NCBI GenBank assembly: GCA_964522265.1
Contig: CAZFVS010000058.1
Span: 1 to 6,609 of the forward strand
Length of the DNA stretch: 6,609 nt
Reading direction: 5' to 3'
DNA from: an uncultured Gammaproteobacteria bacterium
GTDB taxonomy: Bacteria > Patescibacteriota > Microgenomatia > Daviesbacterales > UBA10151
The translations under genes and the position numbers were made by a program. The notes under the pieces are model-generated. The model was not told where the DNA came from. It did no database searches and saw only the letters and a list, made by a program, of their open reading frames with translations. This document shows, one piece after another, positions 1 to 4,880 of this stretch (the stretch's first letter is position 1; every line of letters starts with the position of its first letter).

Positions 1-1393
1 TGCGCACCCCAACCGACTGGAATAATTTATAACGCCTGTCCATCTCAGCCATACACCATTTCAGCGCTGATAAAATTCTTTCGGGTTCTACAATTACCGG
101 TGTCAAAAGATGGGGAATTCCATTATAATTTGTCATCTCCACCCTTTTCGGGTCAATCAGGATAAGTTTTAATTCATCAGGTGAGTTCCTGAAAAGAAGC
201 GCGGTAATCCACTGGTGCAGTAAAATTGACTTTCCGGAACCGGTTGTCCCGGCAACGAGTACATGAGGCATCCTGTCAATATCAACAATCATCGGGTTGG
301 AGGCTGTATCCTTTCCCAAAGTCACAGCAAGTTTAGATTTATTTTTCTTCATCTCCTCAGACACCAGCACTGATTTGAGGGTAACTATTTCCAGGGTGTG
401 GTTGGGTACTTCTACCCCCACCAAAGATTTCCCGGGGATCGGAGCCTCAATCCTAACCGTCCCTGTTCTGGTAGCAAGCGAGAGCGCTATATCATGCTGC
501 AGGTTGGCAATTTTAGCGATCTTGGTACCTGAGGCAATCGCCAGCGCATATTGGGTAACAGCAGGACCTCCATTAACTTCGGCAACTCTGGCCTGAATTC
601 CGAACGAATCCAAGGTTTTCTCAATAATAGCAGCATTTTTTTTGACATCACCCCTATTTGCCGGTGCGCCGCCTTTATCTAAAAGTAAACTATACGGCGG
701 GTATCTCCAAACCCTGGTCTGCCCTGCGACATTAGCAACCAATGTATCCACCATGATATTCTCACGAGGCGGCTTTTCTATTGGCCTGGGTTTTGTCCGC
801 TGGTCTTCAATACCTGAAACCCTCAAAGCTCCCCGGGTTGCAAAAGCATCCGGCTTTTCTAAAGGTCTTTTCAGCTTACCTAAAAGCTTCACAGCTGATA
901 CGAAGAATAAAAAAATCTTAGATATAAAATCTAGCAGCTGGTTTAAACTGGTGTTAAGAAAAACAACCAACCCTACCAAAAATATTCCCAGAAGTAAAAT
1001 CAGAGCCCCTGCGAAAGTTATTAATTTCTCCAGTTCTTCCCAAACTATCTGGCCTAAAAGCCCCCCTTTTTGCGGACCAAATATGGACAGTATGCCCATT
1101 ACAGCAATCATCATTGTAATAAGCCCCAACAAAACATTGGTTTGCGCAATTGACCATCTTATCTTTTGTAAAACAAGCGCGGAAAGAAAAAATACTGCCG
1201 GGGCAAAAATAGCCGAAAGCCCTAAATTAGATATCAAAGCCTCCCTCCAAAAAGCAAGATACGACACATTGCTGACTAATGACAGGGCAGACAAACCCGC
1301 CAGCACCAAAGAGATTATTGACCCTACCGCAACTACTGTTTTCTGGCGCAGTTTCAGTTTGGGCATTGAGTAGATAGATCTTCGTCTAGGCAT
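1..1393 (-). CDS. ftsK: FtsK/SpoIIIE-family DNA translocase, N-terminal 464 codons (C-terminal part runs off the left window edge)
   Basis: Absent from the ORF track because no stop lies in the window. Hand translation of the minus strand in phase with ATG 1393..1391 stays open down to position 2. An upstream in-frame TAG sits at 1411..1409. The product starts MPRRRSIYSMPKLKLRQKTVVAVGSIISLVLAGLSALSLV and has 4-5 hydrophobic helices (about 960..1330). It then shows WRYPPYSLLLD, FGIQARVAEVNGGPAVTQYAL, RIEAPIPGKSLVGVEVPN and LGKDTASNPMIVDIDRMPHVLVAGTTGSGKS (Walker A at 227..250). LILIDPKRVEMTNYNGIPHLLTPVIVEP and ALKWCMAEMDRRYKLF follow. This is collinear with the FtsK membrane domain, short linker and alpha/beta motor. 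An alternative ATG lies at 1366, and neither start has a clear SD. Confidence 0.9.
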   Translation of the reverse strand, partial: MPRRRSIYSMPKLKLRQKTVVAVGSIISLVLAGLSALSLVSNVSYLAFWREALISNLGLSAIFAPAVFFLSALVLQKIRWSIAQTNVLLGLITMMIAVMGILSIFGPQKGGLLGQIVWEELEKLITFAGALILLLGIFLVGLVVFLNTSLNQLLDFISKIFLFFVSAVKLLGKLKRPLEKPDAFATRGALRVSGIEDQRTKPRPIEKPPRENIMVDTLVANVAGQTRVWRYPPYSLLLDKGGAPANRGDVKKNAAIIEKTLDSFGIQARVAEVNGGPAVTQYALAIASGTKIAKIANLQHDIALSLATRTGTVRIEAPIPGKSLVGVEVPNHTLEIVTLKSVLVSEEMKKNKSKLAVTLGKDTASNPMIVDIDRMPHVLVAGTTGSGKSILLHQWITALLFRNSPDELKLILIDPKRVEMTNYNGIPHLLTPVIVEPERILSALKWCMAEMDRRYKLFQSVGVR

Positions 1394-1399
1394 ATCGGA

Positions 1400-1428
1400 G
1401 CGACTGCACTATGTTTTGATCCAGTCGC
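1400..1428 (-). other. Inverted repeat (7-bp stem, 15-nt loop) in the rnj-ftsK spacer, ending 6 nt before the ftsK ATG
   Basis: Plus-strand gcgactg (1400..1406) is the reverse complement of cagtcgc (1422..1428). The minus-strand RNA would be GCGACUG-N15-CAGUCGC followed by UCCGAUAUG. There is no U-tract, so it is not a canonical intrinsic terminator. The stem cannot be extended at either end. Confidence 0.3.
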
Positions 1429-1453
1429 GAGATCGCTTGCCAACTTAATTATT

Positions 1454-1462
1454 ATTATACCA
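1454..1462 (-). promoter_or_regulatory. Candidate extended -10 promoter element (TGGTATAAT) for ftsK
   Basis: The minus strand of 1462..1454 reads TGGTATAAT, a perfect TGnTATAAT consensus. It lies in an AT-rich stretch 18 nt after the rnj stop codon (1480..1482) and about 60 nt upstream of the ftsK ATG. The -35 position gives only TAAAGA or TTAAAG (3/6), which extended -10 promoters tolerate. This rests on a sequence match alone. Confidence 0.3.
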
Positions 1463-1479
1463 CATCCACTATGGGCTCT

Positions 1480-3204
1480 TTAAACCTCCACCACTGTTGT
1501 TAAAATAAGCGGGCTCCTTTTGGTTTCTTCATAGAAAAATTTTTCCAGCTGCTCTTCTATCTGATGTCTGGTATATCGCCAGTCAAATACCCCCTCCTTA
1601 CCCCGCAGACAGCTCTTAACTATTTCTTTGGCTGCACTAATCAGATCCTCCGCCTCTTTCTCAAATACAAATCCTCTTGTGATGATATCCGGCTCCCCGA
1701 CAACATGACCGCTCTGTTGCTCTATCGGCACAATAACCACTACCACTCCTTCCTCACTCATCACCTGCCTGTCCCGCAAAATAATACTACCAACATCACC
1801 AACCCCTAAACCATCGACATAGACATTGGAAACATTAACCAAACCGTTCATCTTGACCTTATCTCTCCATATCTCTATCACCTGTCCATCCTGAGCCATC
1901 AATATCTGGTCTTCCCGATAACCCATACTCACAGCCATCCTGGAAAAAGATTTCATATGTCTGAAAGTCCCTCCAATCGGAAGGATATATTTTGGCTTGG
2001 CTAAATTCACCATCAGTTTGAGCTCCTCACTGGCAGCATGCCCGGATACATGAAGATCTGACAGCATAGCGGAATAATAAACATCACAACCTAGCCTGGT
2101 CAGGGTATCTATCAAGGCACTCTGTGCTGATTCTGTGCTGGGGATCGGATCAGCGCTAAATATCACTGCATCGTTTTTATGCAATGCAACATATTTGTGG
2201 TCGTTGTTGGCAACCCGTGAAAGTGCAGAACCGGGTTGACCTTGGGATCCCGCAATCAGGATTATCAATCTGTTATCCGGAAACCGTTTCACTTCTTCCT
2301 GGGCAATAACCAAACCAGGCGGGATGTCTAAATAACCCAAATCCCTGGCAACCTGAAAATTATTCTCCACCGACCTGCCGGCTAAAGCCAGTTTCCTGCC
2401 GGAGCGCACCGCCACATTGACTGCCTGCTGGATCCTGGTAACATTAGAAGACGTCATGGTAATCAGGACTTTTCCCTTGGTTTCTTTTTCAACACCGGCA
2501 AAAGTGCTTTCTATGGTTTTTTCGGAGAGGGTATACCCTATCTTCTCCACCCTGAGACAGTCGATAGTCATAAAAATAACACCACCCTCACCTACTCTGG
2601 CCACCCTGCCTACATCAGTCACCTGACCATTAACAGGGGTCCAATCCATCTTAAAATCCGCCTGGTGGATGATTGTCCCGACAGGAGTGGACAACACTAT
2701 CCCGGTTGAATCAGGTATGGAGTGGGAAACCTGATAAAAAGAAGCTCTGAAGGCCCCCAATTCAACCTGGTCACTCAAACCAACTGTTTTAATGTAATCT
2801 TTGGATAGTTTATGTTCGGTAAATTTCGACTTGATCATACCGCAAGTCAGTTTTTGTGAATAAATCGGGATATTCCCCAGTTGCGGCCAAATATACGGCA
2901 ACCCCCCGATATGGTCATCGTGTGCATGAGTAATCAGAATCCCCCTGATTTTATGTTTTTTATCTTGGAGGTAAGATATGTCCGGGATCACCAGGTCTAT
3001 ACCCAACATCGCCTCATCAGGAAATCCCACTCCGCAATCAATAATCACTATATCATTACCATATTCATAAACATACATATTTTTAGTGACATCACCTACC
3101 CCTCCCAAAGGAACCAGCCTGAGCATATTGCTGCCTGAAGGCTGTACTGGTGGTGCAAATTTTTGATGTAATTTTGGCTTAAACTGTCTCATTGTTAATT
3201 TCAA
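1480..3204 (-). CDS. rnj: Ribonuclease J (metallo-beta-lactamase / beta-CASP RNase)
   Basis: 574-aa ORF. LRLVPLGGVGDVTKNMYVYEYGNDIVIIDCGVGFPDEAMLGIDLVIPDISYL matches the RNase J N-terminus. The HxHxDH zinc motif is THAHDDHIGG (HAHDDH at 2911..2928). beta-CASP and late-MBL features include DPIPSTE, HVSGHAASEELKLM and a C-terminal domain. The track start at 3204 is TTG. In-frame ATGs lie at 3192 (codon 5) and 3126 (codon 27, directly before LRLVPLGG), so the start is uncertain by up to 26 codons. Confidence 0.92.
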   Translation of the reverse strand: MKLTMRQFKPKLHQKFAPPVQPSGSNMLRLVPLGGVGDVTKNMYVYEYGNDIVIIDCGVGFPDEAMLGIDLVIPDISYLQDKKHKIRGILITHAHDDHIGGLPYIWPQLGNIPIYSQKLTCGMIKSKFTEHKLSKDYIKTVGLSDQVELGAFRASFYQVSHSIPDSTGIVLSTPVGTIIHQADFKMDWTPVNGQVTDVGRVARVGEGGVIFMTIDCLRVEKIGYTLSEKTIESTFAGVEKETKGKVLITMTSSNVTRIQQAVNVAVRSGRKLALAGRSVENNFQVARDLGYLDIPPGLVIAQEEVKRFPDNRLIILIAGSQGQPGSALSRVANNDHKYVALHKNDAVIFSADPIPSTESAQSALIDTLTRLGCDVYYSAMLSDLHVSGHAASEELKLMVNLAKPKYILPIGGTFRHMKSFSRMAVSMGYREDQILMAQDGQVIEIWRDKVKMNGLVNVSNVYVDGLGVGDVGSIILRDRQVMSEEGVVVVIVPIEQQSGHVVGEPDIITRGFVFEKEAEDLISAAKEIVKSCLRGKEGVFDWRYTRHQIEEQLEKFFYEETKRSPLILTTVVEV

Positions 3205-3205
3205 A

Positions 3206-4255
3206 CTATGCCGGCAAGTATCCTCTCAAATTGTTTATATCGATCCGGTATGGCCCTCTCTCCCCCTCGACTATTTTTTTGGCAATCTTTCTAACTATAA
3301 CATCTATATTCCTGTTTAAAGACCTTATTCCCCCGTCAAACCCTAACGGGCGCACAATCGCAGGCCATACCTGCTGATCTATTTGAACCATATTACTATC
3401 GATTGCAGATTTATTCAGCGCCTGAGGAAGCAGGTAGTCCCTCCCGATTACAATTTTCTGTTCATCAGAATAGAAGGGCATTTCTAAAATCTCCATCCTG
3501 TCTATAACTGCTGTTGCGATATTACCGGTGTTGTTGGCTGTAGCTACAAATAACACCTGCGACAGGTCAAAAGGGAAACCGATATAATGATCTAAAAAAG
3601 CTACATTCTGTTCCGGATCCAAAAGTTCTACTAAAACCCCCATAATATCGTTTCTCGCCTCTTCTGTGACTCTGTCCAACTCATCAAGCAAAATAACCGG
3701 ATTTTTTACGCCAGCCCTTTTTAAGGACTTCATAATCAGGCCCGGTTCAGCCTCAGCTTTGATCCTGGATTCACCCCTCAGTTGTAATGCACTTCCTAAA
3801 CCTCCAAATGGGATCCTGATAATGGGCCTCCCTAAACTTTCAGCGATAGAAAATGCCAGAGAGGTTTTGCCTGAACCTACCAAACCGACAAAACCCAAAA
3901 TCGGTTCTTTGGCTATCTGATTTTTTTGTCTATTTAAGATAAGTACTGACAGATATTCAAGTATCCTCTCTTTAACCTGTTCCAGACCAAAATGGTTTTT
4001 ATCTAAGATCTGTTTCGCTCTTTGCAGATCAAGTATGTCTTCTCCACTCCTTGCCCAAGGCAAACCGGATACAAAGTTAATATAAGAGACAACCTTATCT
4101 GTTTCAGGACTGTATTGATTTGCCTTCAGGCTGATTGAAATATGCGTCAACTCATCTGTGAGCCTCTCTAATATATCCTTAGGGAGCCTCGCAGCCAGTA
4201 TTGTCTGATGGAGTTTTTCAACTAAATCTGTACTGTTACTTTTGGCAGCATCCAT
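3206..4255 (-). CDS. Stand-alone Lon-type AAA+ ATPase module (no Lon N-terminal domain, no S16 protease domain)
   Basis: 349-aa ORF with an ATG start and AAGGA 11 nt upstream. It is collinear with roughly E. coli Lon residues 245-590.

- LPKDILERLTDEL matches the end of the long helix.
- Lon-specific motifs: LPWARS, NHFGLEQVKERILEYLSV, and the signature LLDPEQNVAFLDHY.
- ATPase motifs: Walker A GLVGSGKTS (3863..3886), Walker B ILLDELD (3677..3694), sensor-1 VATANN, Arg finger IDRMEIL and sensor-2 GGIRSLNRN.

The ORF stops (TAG 3208..3206) where the Lon protease domain would begin. Confidence 0.85.
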   Translation of the reverse strand: MDAAKSNSTDLVEKLHQTILAARLPKDILERLTDELTHISISLKANQYSPETDKVVSYINFVSGLPWARSGEDILDLQRAKQILDKNHFGLEQVKERILEYLSVLILNRQKNQIAKEPILGFVGLVGSGKTSLAFSIAESLGRPIIRIPFGGLGSALQLRGESRIKAEAEPGLIMKSLKRAGVKNPVILLDELDRVTEEARNDIMGVLVELLDPEQNVAFLDHYIGFPFDLSQVLFVATANNTGNIATAVIDRMEILEMPFYSDEQKIVIGRDYLLPQALNKSAIDSNMVQIDQQVWPAIVRPLGFDGGIRSLNRNIDVIVRKIAKKIVEGERGPYRIDINNLRGYLPA

Positions 4256-4262
4256 TAAATTT

Positions 4263-4880
4263 TTAGTCCTTGAGTGTTACTTCTCCTTCGATATCTTTTC
4301 CGGTAACCATTAAATATATTTTACCTACTTTTCCCAGTATTGGGAATAGTGATTCTGCTTTTTGCGAAAGATTGAGCTTGCCTGTGGAAGTTGCCTCCTC
4401 AACCAACTGCCTCGGATCTATCGCCTCCAGGCTAAAATCCCTGTTATCTGTAAAGTTTAGTACTGCTTTAGATGAAGCAGTCGCAAATTCATATCTCTGC
4501 CCGCTTACAGCGGGTTTGAGTAAAACAGCCTGGTAGTTCTTAAACCCTATACTTCCCGGTTTAAAAATAAGCGTGAATTTTGTAGGTAAAACTTTAGATA
4601 ACCCCAAAATTGTATTTTGATCTAGTTCAAAAGAAGCACCTTTATAAAATGCGTCTGCTCCTAGGTTTTGAAAAAAAATTTTAGCCCCTGTTTCATCATC
4701 TTTGGTGATTTTAAAATCCAGATAAACTCTGTTTCCTGAGATGTATAAATCGGCAGTGCTTTTCTCTAAAATACTCTCTTTGAAGTTTTCAACTTTTGCC
4801 AAAAGGTAAGGTGAAAAAAAATACCCCAGCACTCCAAATGTGATTAAAGCTGCTAAAACAGTAAGAAGATACTTTCTCAT
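4263..4880 (-). CDS. Hypothetical protein with an N-terminal transmembrane anchor or uncleaved signal and a ~175-aa beta-rich domain of unrecognised family
   Basis: 205-aa ORF. ATG 4880..4878 overlaps the pnp stop TGA 4879..4877, and AGGAA (4894..4890) lies 9 nt upstream. The N-terminus is MRK followed by a 22-24 residue hydrophobic stretch, YLLTVLAALITFGVLGYFFSPYLL. The positive-inside rule puts the remainder outside the cytoplasm. I recognise no family motifs. The coding call rests on ORF length, tight packing between real genes and the SD. Confidence 0.65.
   Translation of the reverse strand: MRKYLLTVLAALITFGVLGYFFSPYLLAKVENFKESILEKSTADLYISGNRVYLDFKITKDDETGAKIFFQNLGADAFYKGASFELDQNTILGLSKVLPTKFTLIFKPGSIGFKNYQAVLLKPAVSGQRYEFATASSKAVLNFTDNRDFSLEAIDPRQLVEEATSTGKLNLSQKAESLFPILGKVGKIYLMVTGKDIEGEVTLKD

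Noticed and set aside
954-1157. Minus-strand 67-aa ORF inside ftsK, and similarly the 76-aa ORF at 6094..6324 inside pnp
   Set aside because: They are out of frame and on the same strand as genes whose frames carry conserved motifs. They are Cys/Gly/Trp-rich with no start context. They are most likely chance ORFs.
297-1373. Plus-strand ORFs 297..596 (99 aa) and 642..1373 (243 aa) from the ORF track
   Set aside because: They lie antisense to a minus-strand frame with clear FtsK motifs (TM helices, RIEAPIPGK, Walker A). Their products are low-complexity with no recognisable motifs. They are shadow ORFs.
1400-1407. The 8-mer gcgactgc occurs both at 1400..1407 and at 6601..6608
   Set aside because: A single shared 8-mer within 6.6 kb is expected by chance. 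There is no extended similarity around either copy.
3206-4255. The Lon-like gene as a decayed or frameshifted full-length lon pseudogene
   Set aside because: The ORF is clean with intact ATPase motifs. The flanking DNA is fully occupied by unrelated, intact genes with 1-nt and 7-nt gaps, which leaves no space for degraded N or protease domains.
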